A stretch of DNA of 64,000 bases from Vicinamibacterales bacterium (lineage in GTDB: Bacteria; Acidobacteriota; Vicinamibacteria; Vicinamibacterales; UBA8438): contig CBDBMZ010000003.1 of the NCBI GenBank assembly GCA_965207615.1, positions 139,854 to 203,853 of the forward strand. The letters are read 5' to 3'. A program made the position numbers and the translations under genes. Below, piece after piece: positions 44,729 through 53,379 of this stretch. Each line of letters starts with the position of its first letter. Position 1 is the first letter of the stretch. Below the pieces are notes generated by a model that worked only from the letters and a program-made list of their open reading frames with translations, searched no databases and was not told the origin of the DNA.

Positions 44729-45196
44729 TCAGTAGTTCGTGTGACCCGGCAGTCGCTGCCAGCTGGCGAACACCTCCAGGGCCCCGTCGCACGGAAGGTG
44801 CACCATCGGCAGCGCCCGCTCCGCCAACGGCTTCGCCAGCTCCTCGTAGATGAACTCGTCGCGGAACTCGATGCCGGCGGCGTCGTGCCGGCCGATCGAG
44901 AAGTACACCCGGCCGATGCGCGACCAGTAGATGGCGCCCAGGCACATCGGGCACGGCTCGCAACTGGCGTAGATCTCGCAACCCGACAGGTCGTAGGTTC
45001 CCAGTGCACGGCACGCGTTCCTGATGGCGACGACCTCGGCATGGGCGGTCGGGTCTTTCGAGCTCAGGACTTCGTTCCAGCCTTCGCCGACGACGGCGCC
45101 GCCCCGCACGATCACGGCGCCGAACGGTCCGCCGTGCCCCGACTCCATGCCCCTGCGGGACAACTCCACGGCCCGCTTCATGTACGCTTCGTGCAT
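44729..45196 (-). CDS. CDA-fold nucleoside/guanine deaminase
   Basis: ..DPTAHAEVVAIRNA.. (HAE) and ..CEPCPMCLGAIYWS.. (PCxxC) zinc ligands. 155 aa from the Met at 45196. Confidence 0.85.
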   Translation of the reverse strand: MHEAYMKRAVELSRRGMESGHGGPFGAVIVRGGAVVGEGWNEVLSSKDPTAHAEVVAIRNACRALGTYDLSGCEIYASCEPCPMCLGAIYWSRIGRVYFSIGRHDAAGIEFRDEFIYEELAKPLAERALPMVHLPCDGALEVFASWQRLPGHTNY

Positions 45197-45486
45197 CGGT
45201 GTCCAATCCGGCCACCGCCCGTTCCCGGGCGGCCGTGGGGCAGCGTGCCCTCGAACGTGCATTCTATGCCGTACGGCGTCGGCGCCACGTCCGGGGCTGC
45301 GATTGTCGTCTCGCGCGGGCGGCGCGAGGAGCGACGACGTTCGGGGAAGGCACACGGCTGGCCCTGTGGAGCCGCCGAGGAGCCCGCCTGACCAGGCGCG
45401 ACGAGGGAGAGTACCGGGCGTGTTCGGCCGAGGAGCAACGCAACCAGGCGGGAAGCATCGCCGCTCGAATGCGGCGGCACCCTTCA

Positions 45487-46704
45487 CTACGGGCTCCCAG
45501 GATCGCCGATCCGGAACGGCACCACGGCGCCGCGGGCGCGCTCGGCGCCCCGGGCCTCGGCCGCGTCGACCTCGAACGCCCGCCCGATGCGGTTGCCGGC
45601 GACGTCCTCGAGGGTTGGCGCCGCGACGAGTCGATGCTCGCCCGGCCGCCACGGCGCGCGCGGCGTGAAGGTCCAGCGCGTCTCGCCCTGCTCCACCCGG
45701 ATGTCCCCGGCCAGCGGCCGGCCGCCGGCGTCCGCCACGTGGAGCGCGCGCTGCAGCAGGCCGTAGTCGAGTGATACCGGAAAGCGCACCAGGAGAGGGT
45801 CCCGTGTGTCGTGGGCCGGGAGATCGAGCTGCCAGCTGTCGGGAGCGAGGGCGCGCTCCCGGGGCGGACCCACCCGGAACTCCCGTCGGAACGGCGCGAC
45901 GAGCGGCTGGCCCGCCGCGTCGCGCCAGGCGACGTCGATCACCAGCGTGTACCTGCGGTCCGCCGACAGCGGGCGGCCGAGCTCGGCGTTCGGCAGGATG
46001 CCGCGCTTGACGCGCCCCGGGTCGTAGAGAACCGTGTAGCGCGTGCGGTCCGCGTTCCACAGGTCGACGTCCAACGGCAGGAACGGGTCGGCGACCGGCT
46101 GGCCGCGCTCGTCGAGCAGTCGGACGTGCGCGCCGCCCGCGCCCAGCCCCATCGGCGCCGAGAAGAGGACGTACAGGCGGAGATGGTTCTCCGGCACCTC
46201 GGGGCCGGTGGGGTAGACGGCGACCACGCGGGTCGACGGCGCGCGGTCGGGCGCCGGTACCTCGACCGTCGCGCGGAGGGCGCGCGGCGGGGTGGGCGCG
46301 GAACCGCCGCGCGCGGACGGGAGGGACGACGGATCGAAGACCACCTCGTAGCGTTGACCCGCATCGAACGGAAACCGCGGGGTGAAGCGCAGTGCGCCGG
46401 CTTGCACGGCATAGTCGCCGAGGACCGGCGGCAGCTCCGCGGGGACCGGATCCGCCTGCGCAACCTGGACGCGCAGGATGGCCTGCCACGCGTCGGGCGA
46501 CGGGGCGGAGCGCTCGAGGTGCGCGAGGTCCGCGGCCGCCAGCCCCGCGACGTCGACGGTGCGCTGCCCGGAGGGCGAGGTGACCAATTGGATACGCGGC
46601 GCGCCGGGACCGGGTTCCGGCCCCCGGCTGCTCGAGGGCGAGCACGCGTGCGCGAACGCGAGGGCCGCCGCCACCACGGCGGCGGCCCTCGCCGCATGTC
46701 TCAT
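45487..46704 (-). CDS. Hypothetical lipoprotein (~405 aa)
   Basis: MRHAARAAAVVAALAFAHAC lipobox. Beta-rich body. Only the C-terminal half of track ORF 45487..47964 is in a sensible frame. Confidence 0.6.
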   Translation of the reverse strand: MRHAARAAAVVAAALAFAHACSPSSSRGPEPGPGAPRIQLVTSPSGQRTVDVAGLAAADLAHLERSAPSPDAWQAILRVQVAQADPVPAELPPVLGDYAVQAGALRFTPRFPFDAGQRYEVVFDPSSLPSARGGSAPTPPRALRATVEVPAPDRAPSTRVVAVYPTGPEVPENHLRLYVLFSAPMGLGAGGAHVRLLDERGQPVADPFLPLDVDLWNADRTRYTVLYDPGRVKRGILPNAELGRPLSADRRYTLVIDVAWRDAAGQPLVAPFRREFRVGPPRERALAPDSWQLDLPAHDTRDPLLVRFPVSLDYGLLQRALHVADAGGRPLAGDIRVEQGETRWTFTPRAPWRPGEHRLVAAPTLEDVAGNRIGRAFEVDAAEARGAERARGAVVPFRIGDPGSP

Positions 46705-46718
46705 CGGAATGCAGGCGC

Positions 46719-47876
46719 CTACGGCAGCGCGACCGCTTCGAGGTCCAGCCCGCCGCCCGCGGCGTCGACGAGCAGCATCGCCCGGGAGGCATCCAGCCGA
46801 TCGAGCTGCCGCACGCCTTCGAGCGACGCGATGGTCTCGAACGGCACGCCGGCCGTATCGGGGATCGGATCCGCGATGGCGTCCGCGGCGCCGAACGGCT
46901 CCGTCGGTACCTTCATCACGCCGCGCTGGTTGTTCGACAGCAGGATGTAGTCCTGCCCGTCCTTCTCGTAGACGATCATGTCGATGGGCCGGTTGCGGTT
47001 GCCGAACTCGGCGATCGTCGTCCCCTGGATCTTGCTGCCCGGCTCGAGGGCCGCGATGGGGAACTTGACGAGCGGCGTGCACAGGTAGCTGGCGACGATA
47101 GACGGCTCGCCGTCTATCTCGTACGGCACGAACGTGAACACGGGCGAGAAGGTTTCGAGCTGGCCGTGGGAGCCGTGGTAGATCTCGACGCTCGTCCCCG
47201 CGTCCGCCACCCGGAACGGGTAGGGGATGACGCGCATCTTCGACGCGAACTCCTCGTTCGACAGGCCCGAGACGAAGAGGTTGCCGTCGATGAAGGCCAT
47301 GTGGGTGATGGTCTGCACGCCGATCAGCCCCGCGGGGTCGACCTGGTCGGGATAGTTGGCGATTGGCACCTCCCGCCCGCCCGCGAGCACCAGCGGAGTC
47401 TCGGCCGGCGGCGGATTGGGCACCCCGATGCGCGAGTAGCGGACCTCGTCGAGCGAGACGACCTCGATCTCGCCCGCGCCGTCCACGCGCAGGAGGACCG
47501 GCACGGCGCCGTCGCCGAGCCCGCGCATCACCGAGAGCCAGGTGTTGCGCGTCCGCGGGTCGACCACCATGTCGGTGATCAGCAGGTTGCCGGCGTCGAT
47601 GCCGAGCAGCGCGGCGACCTTCCGATCGATCGCGGGCACGTCCCGCGTCCCCGGCGTCCCGCCGGCCATCTCCCCGCCGAGATGCAGGGCGGTGATGGAC
47701 ACTTCCTGGGCGTCGGCCGCGAAGAGCACGCCTTCGGGCCCGAACGCCAGCTTGCCGATGTACTGGAACTCGGGCGCGACGCCGGTCGTCGCCTCCGAGT
47801 TGGCCGCCGGCCGGGCTCCGGCGACGGCCAGGCTCCCGACGATGACGAGCAACAGGCCGAAACGAATTCTGGACAT
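46719..47876 (-). CDS. Secreted hypothetical protein, beta-propeller-like
   Basis: Signal MSRIRFGLLLVIVGSLAVAGA. No named motif. It ends 14 nt upstream of the next gene. Confidence 0.6.
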   Translation of the reverse strand: MSRIRFGLLLVIVGSLAVAGARPAANSEATTGVAPEFQYIGKLAFGPEGVLFAADAQEVSITALHLGGEMAGGTPGTRDVPAIDRKVAALLGIDAGNLLITDMVVDPRTRNTWLSVMRGLGDGAVPVLLRVDGAGEIEVVSLDEVRYSRIGVPNPPPAETPLVLAGGREVPIANYPDQVDPAGLIGVQTITHMAFIDGNLFVSGLSNEEFASKMRVIPYPFRVADAGTSVEIYHGSHGQLETFSPVFTFVPYEIDGEPSIVASYLCTPLVKFPIAALEPGSKIQGTTIAEFGNRNRPIDMIVYEKDGQDYILLSNNQRGVMKVPTEPFGAADAIADPIPDTAGVPFETIASLEGVRQLDRLDASRAMLLVDAAGGGLDLEAVALP

Positions 47877-48023
47877 GCGGGTCTCCTTCCAGCGCACACG
47901 ATACCGGTTTGACCAGTCCCCGGCACGGCCAGGGAGGGAACGGATCGAAGCGACGAGTCTCCACGGGCGCCGCGACGGCCGCCCTTCACTCGCCAGGGGG
48001 CCGCGACGGCCGCCCTTCGCGCG

Positions 48024-50027
48024 TCAGGGCGCCGCGATGGCCGCGCGCCACGCGGCGGCGGCAGACGCCTTGAGCGTCTCGGCGTCGGCGGGCAGCAGGT
48101 ACCCCTCGGCGACCAGCGCGTCCGCCGCCTCGCCGTAGCTCGCCACGTACTCCGCCTCGCCGCCGGGGTAGCGCTCTTCCAGGGAGAGCCGCGAATCGCC
48201 CGACGCCGTCCGCTCGTCCCGCGTCCGTGGGAACGGAATCGTGGAGCCGTTCACGCCGCACAGGTCGCCTTGGGCGAAGCCCGCCGCGCGGACCGCCTTG
48301 CCCATGGTGGAGAGCGGGGCAGCGACCTCCGGCACGATGACCCCGGCCACGATGTTGCCGTCGGCGTCGAGGCCCGGCACGAACAGCGGGTACCGCTCGT
48401 CGCTCTCCTTCGGCGGCCAGACCGAGAAGTCGCGCACGCCGAGGGTGCTGATCGTGTCGTTGTAGGGACGGTCCGGGATGGTCGGATACTGCTCGCCCTG
48501 CCGTTCGACCGTCACCGCGGTGCCGTCGGCCACCGAGGGCGCGCGTGTCGCCGGCGGCTCGACGCCGTCCCGCACCCACCGCACCGTCGCGTCGAACGCG
48601 GCCCGGTAGTACGGCCACGGCAGCACCGGGTTGGCGGGGTCGCGGCACCCGGCGTCGCCCTGCAGGTGCGCGGTCCCGAGCATCCAGTAGCGCACGTTCG
48701 GCGGCAGCTCCAGCGCCCGGCCCCTCGTGTCGGTGACGATGAGCGAGGCATGGGCGCCGTAGTACTCGGAGTCGGCGTCCACCTGGATGATGCGGGGGCA
48801 CGTGTCCGAGGCGGTGCAGGCGGCCAGCAGCCCGTCGGTGCGGCCCGTCAGCGGATCGGTGGTCGTCGCGAAGGTGAACGGGAACTCGTCCATCGGGTAG
48901 TTGTGGTCCTCGTGCTGGCGCGTGTAGCGGCCCGTCTGCGCGAAACGGGCGTTGACCCACGTGAGGCGCGCGCCCGCCACGTACGGCGTCATGCCGTCGA
49001 AGACGCGCCGCCCCGCCGGGTCCTCGTTGAAGCCCTTGTAGAGGAAGTCCCTGATCATCCGGCCGCTCTGCGAGGAGCCGACGGCCACCGCGTGCTCGAG
49101 CACCGGCATGCCGTCCACGAAGAGCGGGTTGGCGACGCCCCGATCATCGGCGGGACGGTAGCGCGCGAACGACACGAGATCGCGCATGCCGCTGAAGCCC
49201 AGGCCGTGGACGATCGGATCCCGGGCCTCGTACACGAACTCGTAGATGGTTCCCGCGTCGGTGCCCGCGGGCGGCGTGACCGCGACCGTCGTGTCGTCGA
49301 CGTAGCGCCACGCGTCGGCCGGAAGGTTCTGGCGCGGATCGTCCTGGAGCTGGCGGTGCGTGAGGGTCGCGGCGCTCTCGTCGAGCGTCGCCGCCGGGTA
49401 GGTCAGCCGCCCGAACGCGGGGCTGTCCGGGTTCTGCCACTCCTCCATCGAGGCGCCGGTAATCGTCCGGCCGTCGTCGGTGGCGAGCGGGAAGGTCGCC
49501 AGCACCGGGCGCGGGTCGCCGGCCCCCGGCGCGCCGTGCAGCCAGCCGCTCGAGACGTACGTGTAGCCCTGGTTCATGAGGAACGCGCTGCCGGCGTTCC
49601 CGGCCGCGTAGCCCCGCCCCGCCTCGTGGAAGTAGCCGAAGACGATGTTGCGGCCGCGGTTGTTGACCTCGTACGCGAGGACGCCGTTGCCCCGGGTGAT
49701 GTCGACCGGCTTGAGGATGTCGACCTCGAAGGTGTACTCGACCAGACCGTCCGCGTTGCGCGGGGCGTTCTCGAGATCCGCGATCCCGGCGTCGCGGGGG
49801 GCGTCCGGATCGGCGACGGCGGTGGCCGTCCCGAGCAGAATCTCGTACGCGCCCACGGCGCCGAACGACCGGCCGCCGAAGGCGGGCTCGCGGCTCGTGA
49901 TGTCGAGCCGGGTGACGCGCGAACCGGCGAGGGCCGGCGAGGCGGATTCCTGCGCCTCGGCGACGCCCTGAAGCCCGCCCAGTCCCATCCCTAGTACGAC
50001 CGTCAACAGTTGGCGTCGGAACCGCAT
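48024..50027 (-). CDS. Secreted protein of the large 'alpha/beta hydrolase domain' family
   Basis: Signal MRFRRQLLTVVLGMGLGGLQGVAEA. VTRLDITSREPAFGGRSFGAVGAYEIL..GLVEYTFEVDILKPVD..GNGVLAYEVNNRG is the characteristic N-terminal block of this family, as I recall it. Confidence 0.65.
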   Translation of the reverse strand: MRFRRQLLTVVLGMGLGGLQGVAEAQESASPALAGSRVTRLDITSREPAFGGRSFGAVGAYEILLGTATAVADPDAPRDAGIADLENAPRNADGLVEYTFEVDILKPVDITRGNGVLAYEVNNRGRNIVFGYFHEAGRGYAAGNAGSAFLMNQGYTYVSSGWLHGAPGAGDPRPVLATFPLATDDGRTITGASMEEWQNPDSPAFGRLTYPAATLDESAATLTHRQLQDDPRQNLPADAWRYVDDTTVAVTPPAGTDAGTIYEFVYEARDPIVHGLGFSGMRDLVSFARYRPADDRGVANPLFVDGMPVLEHAVAVGSSQSGRMIRDFLYKGFNEDPAGRRVFDGMTPYVAGARLTWVNARFAQTGRYTRQHEDHNYPMDEFPFTFATTTDPLTGRTDGLLAACTASDTCPRIIQVDADSEYYGAHASLIVTDTRGRALELPPNVRYWMLGTAHLQGDAGCRDPANPVLPWPYYRAAFDATVRWVRDGVEPPATRAPSVADGTAVTVERQGEQYPTIPDRPYNDTISTLGVRDFSVWPPKESDERYPLFVPGLDADGNIVAGVIVPEVAAPLSTMGKAVRAAGFAQGDLCGVNGSTIPFPRTRDERTASGDSRLSLEERYPGGEAEYVASYGEAADALVAEGYLLPADAETLKASAAAAWRAAIAAP

Positions 50028-50443
50028 CGCTCACCTCCGGGCGCATGATACAGCCTGCCGTCATCGACCGCCAGCGACGAGAGCGGGCCGCGAGCGCCGG
50101 ACGCTCATCGCCCCGAGCGGGTCGATCGTGCCCCGAGTCTCGCGTCGGTGCTCGAGCACGTCCTGGCCCGGAGAGCGTCGACTACGGCTCCGCTCGCCGC
50201 CCAACCAACCCTGCTGGGCGTCTGCACCGGGCCACGGCGCAGACTCCCGGGGCCCGGTGAAGGCGCCACCGGGGCCAACCCGGGAAACGGCTTGTCGGAC
50301 CGCGGGGGGGCCTTCGTCGAGCGGCCCCACGGCTCCCCTTCGTGGTTGCCAAGGCCACCGCGGGGTGATAGCGTGAGCCGCCGCGGCGCGGACGATCCGG
50401 TTCGGCGCGTCGTGAACGAAGGTGTGGCAGCAAGGAGGACACG

Positions 50444-51301
50444 ATGGTGGATCCGACCAGACGCACGATACTCAAGACGGGCGCGGCGGCGACGGTCCTG
50501 GCCGCCACGCGGGGGCTTGCGGGACAGACCGGCCAGGACGGAGCGGCCATGTCCTTCTACGAGAGGGGGCCCGTCCGCATCCGCTACGAGGAGGCCGGCT
50601 CCGGCTTCCCGCTGCTCGTCATCGCCGGCGGGGGACTGAACTCGTCGATCGCCGGGCTGGCCACGCATCCCTTCAACCCGCTGGAGGATCTCAAGGAAGA
50701 GCACCGCGTCATCGCCGCCGACCTGCGCAACTCCAACCGCGGCCAGTCCTCCGGCCCGGTCGAGATCGATCGGCCGTGGGATTCGCATACCGACGACCAT
50801 CTCGGCCTGATGGATCACCTGGGCATCGAGAGGTTCATGGTGCTCGGCTTCTGCATCGGCGGCCCCTTCATCTGGAACCTGCTGCGGCGGGCCCCCGACC
50901 GCGTCGTCGCCGCCGTGCTGGCGCAGCCCAGCGCGTATAGCGCGGATCATCCCACCCTGTTCTACGACAACAACATGGGAAGTTGGGGGCCGGATCTCGT
51001 CGCGCGCCGTCCCGAGATCACGATGGACATGGTCGACCGGTTCCTGACCAGGATGTACCTCGCCAACGCGGACTTCGTCTTCACCGTGACCCGGGACTTC
51101 GTGCGCGAGCTGCAGACGCCGATCCTCATCCTGCCTGACGACATCCCGGCGCACCCGTACGACGTCGCCATCGAGGCCGCGATGCTCGCGCCGAAGTCCG
51201 AGCTGAGCCTGTTCCCGTGGAAGCGGCCCGAGGAACGGATTCCGCTCGCGGTGCGCCAGATACGGTCCTTCCTCCGGGCGCATCGGCCGGCGGCCGGGTA
51301 G
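50444..51301 (+). CDS. Alpha/beta-fold hydrolase with Cys at the nucleophile elbow (G-F-C-I-G-G), Tat-like signal
   Basis: AAGGAGG RBS. RRTILKTGAAATVLAA. The elbow GFCIGG is at codons 135-140, with TGC at 50852-50854. Confidence 0.8.
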   Translation: MVDPTRRTILKTGAAATVLAATRGLAGQTGQDGAAMSFYERGPVRIRYEEAGSGFPLLVIAGGGLNSSIAGLATHPFNPLEDLKEEHRVIAADLRNSNRGQSSGPVEIDRPWDSHTDDHLGLMDHLGIERFMVLGFCIGGPFIWNLLRRAPDRVVAAVLAQPSAYSADHPTLFYDNNMGSWGPDLVARRPEITMDMVDRFLTRMYLANADFVFTVTRDFVRELQTPILILPDDIPAHPYDVAIEAAMLAPKSELSLFPWKRPEERIPLAVRQIRSFLRAHRPAAG

Positions 51302-51367
51302 AGGGTATACTGCCGGCTACAGACGACTTGCGAATGGCCTCGAGCTGCGAAGGCGAAGGAGAGATCC

Positions 51368-52621
51368 ATGGCTGCGAAACGACCTGATCGTCGGGAATTC
51401 CTGCGAGGCGGCGCCGCGTTGGCGGGCGGCTTGACGGTGGGGGCGGCAGAGCCGGCGCTCGGCCAGGCGCCGCCGGAGCCGGAGCGGTACGTCAGGGGCG
51501 ACCCGGACCTGATCGCCTATGGCGAGCGCTCGCGTTTCGTGACCTCGGTGCGCATACCGCACCCGCCGGGCGGCCGGGAGTCGCCCGACTCGTTCGGGCT
51601 CGTGTTCCACGTGGCGGCGCCGCTCCAGGATTCGGTGGGCGTGATCACGCCGTCGTCGCTCCACTTCGTGGGGACCACCCGCGGCTCCCTCATGCCGGAC
51701 ATCGATCCCGCCGAGCATCGCCTGATGATCCACGGCATGGTGGAGCGTCCGCTGATCTTCACCATGGAGGAGTTGAAGCGTCTCCCGTCGGTGACTCGCC
51801 TGCACTTCGTCGAGTGCGCGGGGAACCGGGCGAGAAGCACGCACAAGGACGTGCAGGAGACGCACGGGATGACCAGTTGCGCCGAGTGGACCGGGGTGCT
51901 CCTGTCCACGCTGCTCGAGGAGGCCGGCGTGAAGGCCGGGGCGGCCTGGGTCGTCGCGGAAGGGACCGAGAACGTGAAGGGCGCGTCGAGCTTCCCGCTG
52001 GCCAAGGCCATGGACGACTGCATCGTGGCCTACGGCATGAACGGCGAGGCGGTGCGCCCGCAGAACGGGTTCCCGCTGCGGCTGCTGATTCCCGGCTTCG
52101 AGGGGATCTTCAACACGAAGTACCTCAGGCGGATCAAGGTCACGGAAGAGTACTACCTGAACTACAACGACTACGGGCACCTCAGCCGGAACGCGACGCG
52201 CGCCGCGTTGGGCTACCAGGTCGGGCCCAAGTCGGTCATCACGCGCCCTTCCGGCGGCCAGCGGCTGCCCGGTCCCGGATTCTACGAAGTCTCCGGCCTG
52301 GCGTGGTCCGGGGGGGGCGCCGTCAGCCGGGTGGACGTGTCCACCGACGGCGGCCAAAGCTGGAGCGAGGCCGAGATTCAGGGGACGGCGCACCGCATGG
52401 CGCACACCCGGTTCCGCCATCAGTGGAACTGGGACGGCCAGGAGACCGTGCTCATGTCGCGCTGCACGGACGAAGTGGGCCAGGTGCAGCCGTTGCAGGC
52501 GCAGGTCGCCGAGCACTTCGGCGAGCCCGGCAATACGTCGGTCGGCGTGCCGGGTCTCGACAACACGATCCAGCCGTGGCGGGTCGCCGGCGACGGGAGC
52601 GTCAGCAATGGGCGCGCTTAG
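51368..52621 (+). CDS. Sulfite-oxidase-family molybdopterin oxidoreductase (SoxC/SorA-like), Tat-exported
   Basis: Twin-arginine signal DRREFLRGGAALAGG. ..HFVECAGN.., ..AYGMNGEAVRPQNGFPLRLLIPGFEG..KYLRRI.. and a C-terminal dimerisation domain. Confidence 0.85.
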   Translation: MAAKRPDRREFLRGGAALAGGLTVGAAEPALGQAPPEPERYVRGDPDLIAYGERSRFVTSVRIPHPPGGRESPDSFGLVFHVAAPLQDSVGVITPSSLHFVGTTRGSLMPDIDPAEHRLMIHGMVERPLIFTMEELKRLPSVTRLHFVECAGNRARSTHKDVQETHGMTSCAEWTGVLLSTLLEEAGVKAGAAWVVAEGTENVKGASSFPLAKAMDDCIVAYGMNGEAVRPQNGFPLRLLIPGFEGIFNTKYLRRIKVTEEYYLNYNDYGHLSRNATRAALGYQVGPKSVITRPSGGQRLPGPGFYEVSGLAWSGGGAVSRVDVSTDGGQSWSEAEIQGTAHRMAHTRFRHQWNWDGQETVLMSRCTDEVGQVQPLQAQVAEHFGEPGNTSVGVPGLDNTIQPWRVAGDGSVSNGRA

Positions 52622-53180
52622 AGTCCTCGCGCTGGCGATGCTGATGGGCGGCGCCGCGCTGGCGCAGGGGCCCACCTACGGAGTGGGACGGACCCCCACG
52701 CCGGACGAAATCCGTGCCTGGGACATCTCCGTCGGTCCCGCCGGCGAGGAGCTCCCGCCGGGGAGCGGCACGGCCGCGGACGGGGAGCGTCTCTATCGGA
52801 TACGTTGCGCGGGATGCCACGGAAGGGAGCTGGAAGGCGGCCGGGCTCCCCGGCGCGCCCCCCGGCTGGTGAAGACCGAACCGGGGTCGGACGTCGACCC
52901 GTGGGCCGCGGGGCGCATACTGCCGTACCGCTCGCCGTACGCGACGACGGTCTGGGACTACATCAACCGCGGCATGCCGCTCTACCAGGAGGGATCGCTG
53001 ACCGCGGACCAGGTGTACGCGCTGACGGCGTTCCTGCTGTACAGGAACGATGTCATCCCGGAGGACCTGGTGCTCGACGCCGAGAGCCTGCCGCAGGTCG
53101 AGATGCCGAACCGCGACGGATGGGCGCCGCTGCCGGATTGGAAGCCCCGGTCACCGAGGCTTCCGGGTTATCCCTTCTAG
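52608..53180 (+). CDS. Monoheme cytochrome c subunit (SoxD/SorB-like)
   Basis: Signal peptide. CAGCH heme-binding motif. ..MPLYQEGSLTADQVYALTAFLL... It overlaps the upstream gene by 14 nt. Confidence 0.8.
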   Translation: MGALRVLALAMLMGGAALAQGPTYGVGRTPTPDEIRAWDISVGPAGEELPPGSGTAADGERLYRIRCAGCHGRELEGGRAPRRAPRLVKTEPGSDVDPWAAGRILPYRSPYATTVWDYINRGMPLYQEGSLTADQVYALTAFLLYRNDVIPEDLVLDAESLPQVEMPNRDGWAPLPDWKPRSPRLPGYPF

Positions 53181-53255
53181 GGGTCTCCGCCGTAGAACGG
53201 TGCGGATTCCTGGAGGATTGGTTGGGCGCCCAGCGGAGCCGAAGGCGACGATGGG
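53181..53255 (+). repeat. ~70-nt intergenic repeat, copy A (starts 1 nt after the cytochrome c stop)
   Basis: gggtctccgccgtagaacggtgcggattcctggaggattggttgggcgcccagcggagccgaaggcgacgatggg. Confidence 0.8.
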
Positions 53256-53379
53256 CGGGCCAGGCGAGTGTCGGCGGTCACCGGGCGGATGGCGCCCCGG
53301 TGATCCGGGAGTTTCCAGTGGACGCCGGCGAGCGACGGCGTGGAACCAGGGGCGCGCGCCCCGAGCCAAGGAGTGCACG

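Noticed and set aside
44729-47964. Track ORFs 44729..46792 (687 aa) and 45487..47964 (825 aa) taken as single large proteins
   Set aside because: Only the C-terminal 155 aa (deaminase) and ~405 aa (lipoprotein) are sensible. The N-terminal extensions are Arg/Pro-rich read-through overlapping the real upstream genes in other frames.
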